IMG/VR virus record: IMGVR_UViG_3300045391_001467
Span: 1 to 64,000 of that record
Origin: a virus
Taxonomy: Duplodnaviria > Caudoviricetes
DNA length: 64,000 bases
Reading direction: 5' to 3' (one strand)
The position numbers and the translations under genes were made by a program. Every line of letters starts with the position of its first letter. The stretch's first letter is position 1. Of the stretch, positions 9,433 through 17,932 are shown piece after piece. The notes beneath the pieces were generated by a model that was not told the DNA's origin, made no database searches, and was given only the letters and a program-made list of their open reading frames with translations.

Positions 9433-9634
9433 ATCACTCTATCCGAAAAGTATGTTATTTTCTTCTTTAGAACGTTTTGCAACTCTTGTTGATATGATCA
9501 TGAGCGCTGATTTTCTGACAGATACGGAAAGATGTGATCTTATAACTAAGCATGCATATAATTACTCAAGCCCTTTTGCTATTAAAGATTTAAATCAAGC
9601 TATTAATGAGTGTCAAAGAAATAATAAAGGGTAA
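9425..9634 (+). CDS. Hypothetical early protein
   Basis: Overlaps the previous stop. Confidence 0.55.
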   Translation: MHKSLYPKSMLFSSLERFATLVDMIMSADFLTDTERCDLITKHAYNYSSPFAIKDLNQAINECQRNNKG

Positions 9635-9865
9635 GTGTCTGATATAAATGTCTTAATACTTTATTTAAAATACTGGAGTTATATCATGTTAAAGGCTCTT
9701 AAGAAAGCATTATCTCGTTACATTATAATAGACAGCTTTGGAACATATCGCTACTGCTATACTCTAAAAGATGCTCAAGATTGGCTTGACTATTGCGCAG
9801 ATAACGGGTATATTATAGACAGATTGTTGGGATGTGAGATAGGGTGTAATTGTTTTCCAGTTTAG
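9635..9865 (+). CDS. Hypothetical early protein (start likely MLKALK at 9686)
   Basis: GGAG SD before the internal ATG. Confidence 0.55.
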   Translation: MSDINVLILYLKYWSYIMLKALKKALSRYIIIDSFGTYRYCYTLKDAQDWLDYCADNGYIIDRLLGCEIGCNCFPV

Positions 9866-10200
9866 TTTTTATTAGGGATAAAATCATGTCAACTTATAAA
9901 ATGCGTGGTAGTGAGTATATAGGGTCTACTGCAGGCTTGAACTGCACTTTGCCGAAAAGTAGTAAACCTACTCTAATAAAAATAGAGTTCTACAGAAACT
10001 CTGATAGCAGTGTAACATTACAACCTGTGTCGGGTTGGAGTTTATCAAAAATAAGTCACTCGACTACTATCAGTAATACTGAGTTTTCTACTCGCCCAGT
10101 TAATGTTTATAATTGTATTACTGAGGCAATATGGGCAATGCAAAGATGTGGGCTGACAGTTTGTGGGGCTGATTTTGACGAAGATGGTATTGTTTATTGA
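9850..10200 (+). CDS. Hypothetical early protein
   Basis: AGGG SD before the internal ATG (MSTYK). Confidence 0.55.
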   Translation: MFSSLVFIRDKIMSTYKMRGSEYIGSTAGLNCTLPKSSKPTLIKIEFYRNSDSSVTLQPVSGWSLSKISHSTTISNTEFSTRPVNVYNCITEAIWAMQRCGLTVCGADFDEDGIVY

Positions 10201-10245
10201 CTTTTTCTGCTGCACATATAAAATTATTTATGCATAGGGGCTAGC

Positions 10246-10485
10246 ATGGCAAAGCGCATCAAATATTCAGTAACTGACTACAATAGCGGCGGCTTTTTCA
10301 TTACCGGTGGCAATATGACCGACAACTATTTTAAAAACAAAGCTGATGCTACCGCGGTTTGTGCTGCGCTGAACATGATGGAGCGAATTAAAACTCGCAC
10401 GTTCCGCAACAAGTTAGACACTTTGATATGGGCAGCCCGGGCGATGGACGAGGCACTCAATGACGGCACGGTTGAGTGCTACTAA
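10246..10485 (+). CDS. Hypothetical early protein
   Basis: AGGGG SD; promoter-like TTGACT-16 bp-TAAAAT just upstream. Confidence 0.6.
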   Translation: MAKRIKYSVTDYNSGGFFITGGNMTDNYFKNKADATAVCAALNMMERIKTRTFRNKLDTLIWAARAMDEALNDGTVECY

Positions 10486-10537
10486 TATCAAATCGCAAAG
10501 ATAAGCCACCACGCAGTTAAAAATCATTTAGGGTAAT

Positions 10538-10702
10538 ATGCAAAACGCAAGAGAATATTTAGAAGCATTGTATCTTGATTGGTATAATAATTATGTCGGA
10601 ATATCTACATTTGCAGAGCATAACGGACTGACAGACGATCAAGCAAGTATTTTAATTGATTTGGCAAGGAGTGTTTATTATTCAAAGCATCCCGACGCTT
10701 AA
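10538..10702 (+). CDS. Small hypothetical early protein (54 aa, below track cutoff)
   Basis: MQNAREYLEALYLDWYNNYVGISTFAEHNGLTDDQASILIDLARSVYYSKHPDA, AGGG SD, followed by a terminator. Confidence 0.6.
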   Translation: MQNAREYLEALYLDWYNNYVGISTFAEHNGLTDDQASILIDLARSVYYSKHPDA

Positions 10703-10720
10703 AGCAAGTAAGTATATTAT

Positions 10721-10749
10721 AGAGCCGCTACAATAGCGGCTTTTTCTTT
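10721..10749 (+). terminator. Intrinsic terminator closing the early cluster
   Basis: AGCCGCTA-CAA-TAGCGGCT hairpin followed by TTTTCTTT. Confidence 0.8.
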
Positions 10750-10841
10750 ATCCGGGCAATTCTCATGCAATGTGAGATAGATAATCTACCGGAAATTAAT
10801 TCCCAGTTTATATATATGCATAATGCCTAATTGGCATTGTA

Positions 10842-11185
10842 GTTGCTTTATTGCAACATAGTATTGAGTGGTACATTGCATCAATTAATTTGCTCCGTCA
10901 GCACGCTTCGCGTTCCTTGCAGTAAATTTACTTACGTATTACATCTCTAGTGTAGTTGCAAGAGTCTTTTACAAAAAATAATTCGGTTGCCAAGGTGGGC
11001 GATGCATCAAGTGTCGGCATTTTGGTAGGTGGAGTATTTGTGGGAGAGGGGGCAGCAAAAGAGTTTTGGAGTAGGCGGGGGTGTTAGCTTTATAGGTGAC
11101 CACAATTGCAACACAAAAATCGATATTGAATAAAAGTTGATTTTGTGAGTCCCTTGAACGCCACTTTATGTTGCAATAAAGCAAC
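10842..11185. repeat. Perfect 19-bp inverted repeat pair flanking 306 bp of non-coding DNA
   Basis: GTTGCTTTATTGCAACATA (10842-10860) and its exact reverse complement (11167-11185); related copy GTTGCTGTATTCCAACA at 1903-1919. Confidence 0.8.
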
Positions 11186-11967
11186 ACATATAGTAGCTAT
11201 ATATACTCCGAGACTAGACATGTTTGCATTCCTACTCTACATAAATCCCTTTAAAATCAATGACTTACGTATAATAGGCAAGAGCTATGATGTCTGGTGG
11301 CATGTACGAGATGGACGGCATCCCACTAACGACCGTTTTCGGTACAGACTAGAAATGATTTAAAGCGGGATAGAGGAAGACGATTGTAGAAGAGGGTTAT
11401 GGATGCTTTTTTCGATTGAAAAAGGCTTATACGGATATTTTACACCGTCAGCGAGCACGTTTCATGCCCTGCGAGCGGGGTTAAGCACCCCACACGCCTC
11501 AGAATGAAAATAACAAAACTAGACAAACACGAAAATAATTTTTCGTTACAAGAGAAATTTGTACCAAATGTAACAAAACAGAGGAAGAATTACTTTTAGG
11601 AAATTTAAAACAGAGATGGGAAAGGTGAATTTTCAGACGAATGTAGCATCCAGTGAGACGCCTATCACAGATATTTATAGGCAGGGGGAGCTAAATTTTT
11701 AGGAAAGAGGGGTGTATTTTAAAAATTTTTAAAATAAAATGGCCTACCTCGACAAGAGATAAGCCATGTATTTATTACTTTTAAGAAATGTTATGCTGCT
11801 TGCTCTGCCTGACGACCGGCGCTTGTATGATTAGAATTAATTTGATTAAAAATATGAGAAATAACATATCCCATATAAGTGATGTCTTCACAGTTATCTG
11901 TAGATGCTTTAATTGTATATTTAGCAATGTACGATACCTGCTCTACCTATGGGCTATTCTTGCTTGC

Positions 11968-12300
11968 TTAGTAGGCTACATTAAGTCCATTACTCTTGTA
12001 AAATTCTATAGAACCTTTTATTCCGCAGTAAGCCTTTAATGAGCTATGGCTGTTATTCATTTTTGAGACAATTATTGATCCTATTCCTTTTCGTCTATAT
12101 TGCTTCCTTACAAATACACAAATTGTTCCGTTATAATGTACATGCCCAATTCCAACAATTTTATCCCCTTCTTTCCAAAGTTGTATGTCTTTCGTAAGTT
12201 GGTTTGTAAGGTATCTTCTAAGCAGCCATCTATTTACGAACAACCTGTTTGAGATTGCAAGTTTTATTTTGTTTTCTTTGTTATCTTCCACCCAAGGCAT
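11968..12300 (-). CDS. GNAT-family acetyltransferase
   Basis: Acetyl-CoA binding motif VFVRKQYRRKGIGS, plus SIEFYKSNG. Confidence 0.75.
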   Translation of the reverse strand: MPWVEDNKENKIKLAISNRLFVNRWLLRRYLTNQLTKDIQLWKEGDKIVGIGHVHYNGTICVFVRKQYRRKGIGSIIVSKMNNSHSSLKAYCGIKGSIEFYKSNGLNVAY

Positions 12301-12301
12301 G

Positions 12302-12622
12302 TCAGATATCCTCCCTTTCAGGATATATTAGCCTAAACTCTCTCACCCCTGCCTCAAACAGCTTTCTTTGGCAATCCTTGCATACATTATCGATCCCTTG
12401 AATAATGGCAATAGCATCTTTAGCTTTATCTTTGGCTTGTTTCAGAGCCATGTCTTCTGCATGCCCTTCTTGCTGGCATATTGAAATACACTTGGAATAT
12501 CCTTCTCTGGGTAATCTAGGACATTTTTCTTGAGGGTTATTACAATCATTTGTTCCTGTAATACTAGAGCCATCCTTCAGAATAAGTGTACATTTAACTT
12601 GCTTCTTGGCACATGTCATCAT
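12302..12622 (-). CDS. dCMP/cytidine deaminase-like zinc enzyme
   Basis: HAE motif and CKDC; N-terminal CPR segment typical of dCMP deaminases. Confidence 0.75.
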   Translation of the reverse strand: MMTCAKKQVKCTLILKDGSSITGTNDCNNPQEKCPRLPREGYSKCISICQQEGHAEDMALKQAKDKAKDAIAIIQGIDNVCKDCQRKLFEAGVREFRLIYPEREDI

Positions 12623-12766
12623 ATTTCCTTTATATGCAGTAATATGCCCACATTGTTTTGAGATTGTTTTTGATTCTCTTATAAGCGTATCTTCCAGATT
12701 GATAAATTCCTTCCAAAATAGCTAAAGGAATGAGTAAAATGATAAGTAAAAATCTACTACATCTTT

Positions 12767-12997
12767 TCATATATCACTCCCTTTTTGATTATCTTCCTCT
12801 ATCTCTTGTAACTTATATTTCTTAAATTCTGTAATTAATTCGCCATGCTCATCAATATTAAAGGAAGGGTAATATTCACATTCAATTGTTACAATTCCAC
12901 CTACAGCACATCTTAGGGTAAATTCTTTAGTATATTTTGGTAAGCCTAGTATTTTACAGAGTTTACAGACAAGTTCATTTTCTGATGTAATTAGCAT
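12767..12997 (-). CDS. Hypothetical protein
   Basis: ORF co-oriented with the operon. Confidence 0.55.
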   Translation of the reverse strand: MLITSENELVCKLCKILGLPKYTKEFTLRCAVGGIVTIECEYYPSFNIDEHGELITEFKKYKLQEIEEDNQKGSDI

Positions 12998-13093
12998 TAT
13001 TGGTATCCATTATCAAGATTTTCGTAAATTGCTTTGATTCATTGTGGAGGGGTATGCATGTTGTATAAGATTTATTTGTTATTTTTATCTCTT

Positions 13094-13339
13094 CTAAATA
13101 AATACAATAAGATTTGTAAACATTAGTGTAAATATTATTATACAAGTGATAATCCATACAACAGATAACAATCTATCTTTCTTTAAAATATCTATAGGTG
13201 ATTCTGTGTCTTTGTGTTTATAATCTCCAAAAACAGCTATAAGAAGTAAAGATACTAAACAAAAAATTACATATAGAGTAATATTTATAAGTAATCCTGC
13301 TACTAGTGAGATTGGTATTCTAATCATTTCATGCTCCAT
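13094..13339 (-). CDS. Small membrane protein (2 TM)
   Basis: Two long hydrophobic segments around a charged loop. Confidence 0.6.
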   Translation of the reverse strand: MEHEMIRIPISLVAGLLINITLYVIFCLVSLLLIAVFGDYKHKDTESPIDILKKDRLLSVVWIITCIIIFTLMFTNLIVFI

Positions 13340-13695
13340 TTATTTAAAGAGTTAGCTAATTCAACATTTACCAGTACATAACCTTCTGCTAATTTAGCTG
13401 AAGAAGTAAGTTTTCTTAGGTCTGAAATAATATCATCTCCGTAGTGAACTAAATTATGGTAATAAGAGTCCCATTCAATGGCAGACTTATACTTTATCTG
13501 TTGCATTACATAATCGTCAGTGAAATTTGGTATCTCTTTCAACCCGAGTCTTTGAAATAACGTAGGTTTAAAATGAGTTTTAAATGCTTCTATAGCTGCA
13601 GTTTTACGTGCTTGTTTTTCTTTGAGAATATTTCTGATAGCTTTCTCTGAAAGAGAGATTACTTCTTCTTTGCTCATTTGTATATAATTTTTCAT
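13324..13695 (-). CDS. Hypothetical protein
   Basis: AAGGAG SD; 123 aa. Confidence 0.7.
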   Translation of the reverse strand: MKNYIQMSKEEVISLSEKAIRNILKEKQARKTAAIEAFKTHFKPTLFQRLGLKEIPNFTDDYVMQQIKYKSAIEWDSYYHNLVHYGDDIISDLRKLTSSAKLAEGYVLVNVELANSLNKWSMK

Positions 13696-13800
13696 CTACT
13701 ACTCCTTACATAGACATGTGGGTTTCTTTACTCTTGTGATATCTTTTAGAAACACATCTAAGGCAATAGTCCAATCCCTTAATAATGTGTTTCCATTGTC

Positions 13801-13924
13801 TTTCCTTGATGGTATCAAATCTGCACATCTCATTCTGTCACATTCTTTGATAAAAATCAAGAAAATTCTCAGGTGTAAGAATTTCCCAAAATATATTGAC
13901 ACTAATGGGACAACAAGGTACACT
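13801..13924 (+). promoter_or_regulatory. Resolvase promoter with upstream palindromes (candidate res site)
   Basis: TTGACA(13896)-17 bp-TACACT(13919); palindromes TTGAT-GGT-ATCAA (near 13806) and TTGAT-AAAA-ATCAA (near 13847). Confidence 0.45.
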
Positions 13925-13957
13925 CTCTTCATTGATTAGCTTTTTAGGAGAGACAAC

Positions 13958-14596
13958 ATGGCAACATTCGGGTACACAAGGGTATCTACTGACAAACAAA
14001 CAACGGATAACCAAAAGAAGCTTATTCAAGACGCAGGGTTTGCGGTAGACGTTTGGTATTCAGAGAATGGTGCTTCTGGCTCCACAAAAGCTGTTAACCG
14101 CTCAGAGTTCTCAAAGATGATGAAAGAAGTGAAGGCAGGGGATACTGTTATCTGTACGGCTATTGATAGGCTTGGTAGGTCTGCTTCCGATATTCTTCAA
14201 ACTGTAGACATGTTTAAAGAAAGAGGTATTAAGCTTCGCATTGTACAATTTGATAGCATTGATATCACCTCTGCTGTAGGAAAGATGATCCTCACTTGTA
14301 TGTCTGCCATGGCAGAGCTTGAAAGGAACTTGATTGTAGAACGCACTATAGCCGGAATTGCTCGTACAAAAGCAGAAGGGACAAGACTTGGAAGACCCCT
14401 TACAATTACTCCAGAAATGCTTTCTGTTTTATGTAAAGAGAAAGAACAGGGGGTGACATTAGATCAGCTTGAAAGAAAGTACAATGTCCCCCGTAACAGC
14501 ATTGCAAGAAATGTTGCAAAATGGAAAGGGAACATTGAAGGGTATAAAAACGAATATAATGCTAGACGTATCCAGTATGAGATGAGTGTCGCTTGA
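13958..14596 (+). CDS. Small serine recombinase (resolvase/invertase family)
   Basis: YTRVST catalytic Ser motif, DRLGRS, ELERNLIVERT...G...GRP, C-terminal HTH; AGGAG SD. Confidence 0.93.
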   Translation: MATFGYTRVSTDKQTTDNQKKLIQDAGFAVDVWYSENGASGSTKAVNRSEFSKMMKEVKAGDTVICTAIDRLGRSASDILQTVDMFKERGIKLRIVQFDSIDITSAVGKMILTCMSAMAELERNLIVERTIAGIARTKAEGTRLGRPLTITPEMLSVLCKEKEQGVTLDQLERKYNVPRNSIARNVAKWKGNIEGYKNEYNARRIQYEMSVA

Positions 14597-14686
14597 CTTT
14601 TGTAATACCTTTTCTTTGATATTCATCAAAAACAGGTTTATTAAAGTTTGTATAATATATTTATGGAAAATACTAAGGAGTTTAAC

Positions 14687-14884
14687 ATGTCTAAAATAGT
14701 TTACACAAAGCAGCAAGTAGTGCAATCTCTTATTGAGATAGGTAAAGGAATAGGGATGGGAAAAACAACCCCTATTCGTGAAATATCCAATTATGTCTCT
14801 TGTTGTGTAGAAAGTTTTAACTTGGGCAATGAGGATGGGTCACGTATACTGCTAGACATCCTTGAACTGTACAAAAAGCACTAG
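14687..14884 (+). CDS. Hypothetical protein (65 aa)
   Basis: AAGGAG SD before ATG 14687; TATAAT upstream. Confidence 0.6.
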   Translation: MSKIVYTKQQVVQSLIEIGKGIGMGKTTPIREISNYVSCCVESFNLGNEDGSRILLDILELYKKH

Positions 14885-15052
14885 TAGGCTATTTATTGTC
14901 ATTTACAATTTTAACCTCAGTCCAAGCTGGGAGATGTACTACCTCATTGTTTTTTGTCGTGCAATAAGAGTACATCCCATCAATGTGGTGAAACTTCAAC
15001 ACGGAGCCACAAGGCAATTTGACAATTGAATTCCTCGGAACATCGTATAGCT

Positions 15053-15175
15053 TCAAGATTGCCTCTCTTTCATGTTTCTTCTGACTTCTTCAAATGCTTT
15101 TGTTCCATCATTATTAAGGAATTGGGTAACTCCTTTATGCCCAAAGTGAGTGTCAGAAATTAAGAAAATATTCAT
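15053..15175 (-). pseudogene. Truncated calcineurin-like metallophosphoesterase remnant
   Basis: MNIFLISDTHFGHKGVTQFLNNDGTK has the D-x-H motif I, then stops after 40 aa with no later motifs. Confidence 0.6.
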
Positions 15176-15181
15176 AGGTAT

Positions 15182-15823
15182 TTATGAAATGGATTCAACT
15201 TTAGTTTTCTTGCTCCTTGACTTCTTTGGTGGAGCGTTTTTCTCTAGTTCTTTAGCAATGAAATATTGATTTCTATTATTGCATCGATTCATCCATTGTT
15301 GAGCATCTAGCCAAATATTATCTCCCCGTATCACGCCTTGAATCTCATCCTCAGTAAGGAATCCTTCATAATATTCTCTGATAATCCTAGGAAGAAATTC
15401 TGAATCAAATTTTGATTTTGAAACGTATTCATTTAGGTTTCCACCTGTACCGAGTGACCCATTGTGAATCAGACTATTAAATCCTGAAGATAGCTCAAAG
15501 GTGTCAGCTTGTAGAAGAATAAGTGTTCCTGCAGAATGTACACCTCCAGTTGCAATAACATGAATACTAGCTTCACATTTTTTCATGGCATGAATGAATG
15601 TGTCCGCTGCATCAATTGACCCACCATAACATTGAAGATTAACTTGGACAGGGTTGTCTTCATCCGCCATTTCTAAAACTTGGATAGCATCTCTAAATTG
15701 TGCAGGAGATGAAATTGCATCATCAATATCAATCACCCAAGTTCCAACTTTTCTAGGGATGTAAGAAACATTGAACATCTCTACGCATGAGTTGTCAGTG
15801 CCAGCTTTAGTAATTTTATGCAT
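15182..15823 (-). CDS. ClpP-like serine protease
   Basis: YGGSID, catalytic HSAG and IHNG patterns of the ClpP/crotonase fold. Confidence 0.75.
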   Translation of the reverse strand: MHKITKAGTDNSCVEMFNVSYIPRKVGTWVIDIDDAISSPAQFRDAIQVLEMADEDNPVQVNLQCYGGSIDAADTFIHAMKKCEASIHVIATGGVHSAGTLILLQADTFELSSGFNSLIHNGSLGTGGNLNEYVSKSKFDSEFLPRIIREYYEGFLTEDEIQGVIRGDNIWLDAQQWMNRCNNRNQYFIAKELEKNAPPKKSRSKKTKVESIS

Positions 15824-15835
15824 GTTTAGTCCTTA

Positions 15836-16648
15836 TTAGTAGTTGTGATAATACATTTTTACAAAAGCTTTTGCAAGTCCTGACCTGACGACATCATCAG
15901 GGGTAAATCTTACGATACCAATCCCATCATTAAGATTATCAATATCTTCACGGGATAGATAGGAAGGTTGTGTTTGGGACATTCTATCCAGAAGTCGTAC
16001 AGTTGTTTCTAGTCCACTCTCCCCTTTAAGATCGTGCTGTTTACTGTCTCCAGTCATTATGATTGTAGCTCCATCCCCCAGACGTGTTAGGAGCATTTCC
16101 ATTTCTGCAGGCGTAAAGTTCTGCAATTCTTCTGCTATTACGATACAATGCTCAAATGACATTCCTCTTAGATACTCAACTGGCTTTGTTTCGATAATAT
16201 CTTTGCTCAGACAATAATTCATGAAGCCATGCCCGAGAAATTTCTCAAGATGAGAAAATGTCTGAGCGAAATAAGGTTCAAGTTTTTCTTTTATATCTCC
16301 GGGTAGCAGTCCAATAGATTTTCCAACAACAACAGCAGGTCTGACTAGGTAAAGCTTATCTATTTTCTTTTGTTTGAGTTCACATGCAGCATGATAGGCA
16401 GCAAGCATGGATTTACCTGTACCTGCTGATCCAGTTAAAAATACTACAGGCTTACCAGCTTTTAACAAAGATAATGCTTTCTTTTGATTTATGTTTGCAG
16501 GATTGAATTTAGGTATAGGTTGAGTATGTTTATACGCTTCTTCCTCATCTGCAATATGCATTATTCTTTCTTTAGCAGAATTCTTATCTAAGATAAAATT
16601 ATCTTGGTCTGTTTTTCTGCGCCGCAATCTAGCTGCATTTTTACTCAT
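15836..16648 (-). CDS. phoH: PhoH-family ATPase
   Basis: GSAGTGKS Walker A, RPAV, YLRGMSF, EELQN, MTGDSKQHD, VVRSGL. Confidence 0.93.
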   Translation of the reverse strand: MSKNAARLRRRKTDQDNFILDKNSAKERIMHIADEEEAYKHTQPIPKFNPANINQKKALSLLKAGKPVVFLTGSAGTGKSMLAAYHAACELKQKKIDKLYLVRPAVVVGKSIGLLPGDIKEKLEPYFAQTFSHLEKFLGHGFMNYCLSKDIIETKPVEYLRGMSFEHCIVIAEELQNFTPAEMEMLLTRLGDGATIIMTGDSKQHDLKGESGLETTVRLLDRMSQTQPSYLSREDIDNLNDGIGIVRFTPDDVVRSGLAKAFVKMYYHNY

Positions 16649-16660
16649 AATGACCTTTAT

Positions 16661-16873
16661 TTAATAGGTAAGTTTATTGTCAGTAAGCAGAACAGGTTTT
16701 TTACGTAATTTCTCTAACCTTTCTCTGCCAGATTTTGCAAGAATCATGTGACCAAGAGATGCACCATTAGGGATATGTCCTGTCCAAAACGAATTTAGAA
16801 GCGATTCTAAATATGAACACTTATCTTCTAGACTCTTAATTTTTTCTGTCAACTCTTGAACTTTAGTGCTCAT
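16661..16873 (-). CDS. Hypothetical protein
   Basis: Co-oriented ORF with AGGA SD. Confidence 0.6.
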   Translation of the reverse strand: MSTKVQELTEKIKSLEDKCSYLESLLNSFWTGHIPNGASLGHMILAKSGRERLEKLRKKPVLLTDNKLTY

Positions 16874-16885
16874 TGTGAATCCTAA

Positions 16886-17119
16886 TTACACTTGGCTTCG
16901 TTTTTCTGCTTTAGCTGCCCTTGCTACAGCGAGGGATTCAGCACGAGACATCTTAGGCTTTTCTTCTGCCTCGCGAATCATACCAACCTCGTACACCAAT
17001 CCCCACATGATAGGAGGTGCATTTTCAAAATCTACATCCCAGCCCTCTTTCACAGATTCTTCAATATCTGCTACAAACTTGTAAAGAGATGGGTTTATGA
17101 TAGTTTTAATTTCTTTCAT
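16886..17119 (-). CDS. Hypothetical protein
   Basis: Co-oriented ORF with GAGG SD. Confidence 0.65.
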   Translation of the reverse strand: MKEIKTIINPSLYKFVADIEESVKEGWDVDFENAPPIMWGLVYEVGMIREAEEKPKMSRAESLAVARAAKAEKRSQV

Positions 17120-17241
17120 TGCTCAGGTTCCTCTTCGTACTCAGGTGAAAAATAAATGCTATAGTGTGGGTCTCTACGGGTTTCCTCTAGATCATACTCA
17201 AACAGCCATTCATCGATATCAAAATCTTCATCTTTCTTCAA
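17116..17241 (-). CDS. Highly acidic 41-aa microprotein (not in track)
   Basis: TTG start with AAGGAGG SD; overlaps both neighbours; MKKDEDFDIDEWLFEYDLEETRRDPHYSIYFSPEYEEEPEQ, 16 of 41 residues D/E. Confidence 0.6.
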   Translation of the reverse strand: MKKDEDFDIDEWLFEYDLEETRRDPHYSIYFSPEYEEEPEQ

Positions 17242-17453
17242 GCTTTTCCTCCTTTTACAACTGCAAGTATAGGGTTAAGAAATACCTCCATAGTGTCATG
17301 AAGGTACATCATTGCAAGTTTCTTAGCATGCTCTAGGTCTACTGCTCTTTCTATGTGTACACAATGGATACGTTTATCAGGTGATTTCCAATAGAACACA
17401 GTGTTAAAATCTCCGTAGGGTTCTTCTTTGTAATAAGTAGGTTGTGCAGTCAC
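17238..17453 (-). CDS. Hypothetical protein
   Basis: GTG start with AGGAG SD. Confidence 0.6.
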   Translation of the reverse strand: MTAQPTYYKEEPYGDFNTVFYWKSPDKRIHCVHIERAVDLEHAKKLAMMYLHDTMEVFLNPILAVVKGGKA

Positions 17454-17504
17454 TTAGTTTCTCCTATCTTTTTGACAATGTTCCCACTTCAACATATAGA
17501 CCTC

Positions 17505-17780
17505 TTAGTTTGTTTCGGTAGTTCTATTTTGATCTATGTCAAATGGGTTGTCAACAAGATTTTTCTCATTTTTGAGAATTTTTCTTTGCTCCCTCTTGTA
17601 GTTTAGTCTAGCCTGTTTCAGTACTCTTTTAGCCTCTTTCAGCTTCCAGATGGTATCAATGTCCTTCATGTCAATATAGGATTGCATGATTTGGTGTATT
17701 CTTTGTCTAGATAGCTTATCAAAAATACAAGCTATCTCGTTGATGCGCATGAAGGCAAAATCTTCTAATCTTGTAGTCAT
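17505..17780 (-). CDS. Putative HTH DNA-binding protein resembling sigma70 region 4
   Basis: INEIACIFDKLSRQRIHQI resembles the region-4 HTH (EIG..FGVSRERIRQI). Confidence 0.45.
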   Translation of the reverse strand: MTTRLEDFAFMRINEIACIFDKLSRQRIHQIMQSYIDMKDIDTIWKLKEAKRVLKQARLNYKREQRKILKNEKNLVDNPFDIDQNRTTETN

Positions 17781-17820
17781 CGGTATTCTCTCATAACATT
17801 TTTAATTTATTTTGACAACT

Positions 17821-17897
17821 AAATTATATCACAAATGTTGATATTTGTCAAGTTTTCCACAAGGGCTTGACAAAATGCACTTTTTGTGATATAATTT
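17821..17897. promoter_or_regulatory. Mirror-symmetric divergent sigma70 promoter pair
   Basis: Minus: TTGACA(17851-17846)-17 bp-TATAAT(17828-17823). Plus: TTGACA(17867)-17 bp-TATAAT(17890). 15-bp perfect IR AAATTATATCACAAA / TTTGTGATATAATTT. Confidence 0.85.
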
Positions 17898-17932
17898 AAA
17901 TATTAGAAAATTAAATTAAGCGAAAGAGCACT

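Noticed and set aside
10969-12039. ORFs 10969-11187, 11145-11363 and 11788-12039
   Set aside because: No SD, atypical composition, inside the repeat-rich non-coding region.
13699-13932. Track ORF of 77 aa on the minus strand (and overlapping 13718-13939 + and 13838-14029 -)
   Set aside because: No SD, and it overlies the resolvase promoter and palindromes; probably spurious or much shorter.
13958-14596. Serine recombinase as an integrase indicating a prophage
   Set aside because: At 212 aa it lacks the recombinase and zinc-ribbon domains of large serine integrases; no repressor module or host genes are visible.
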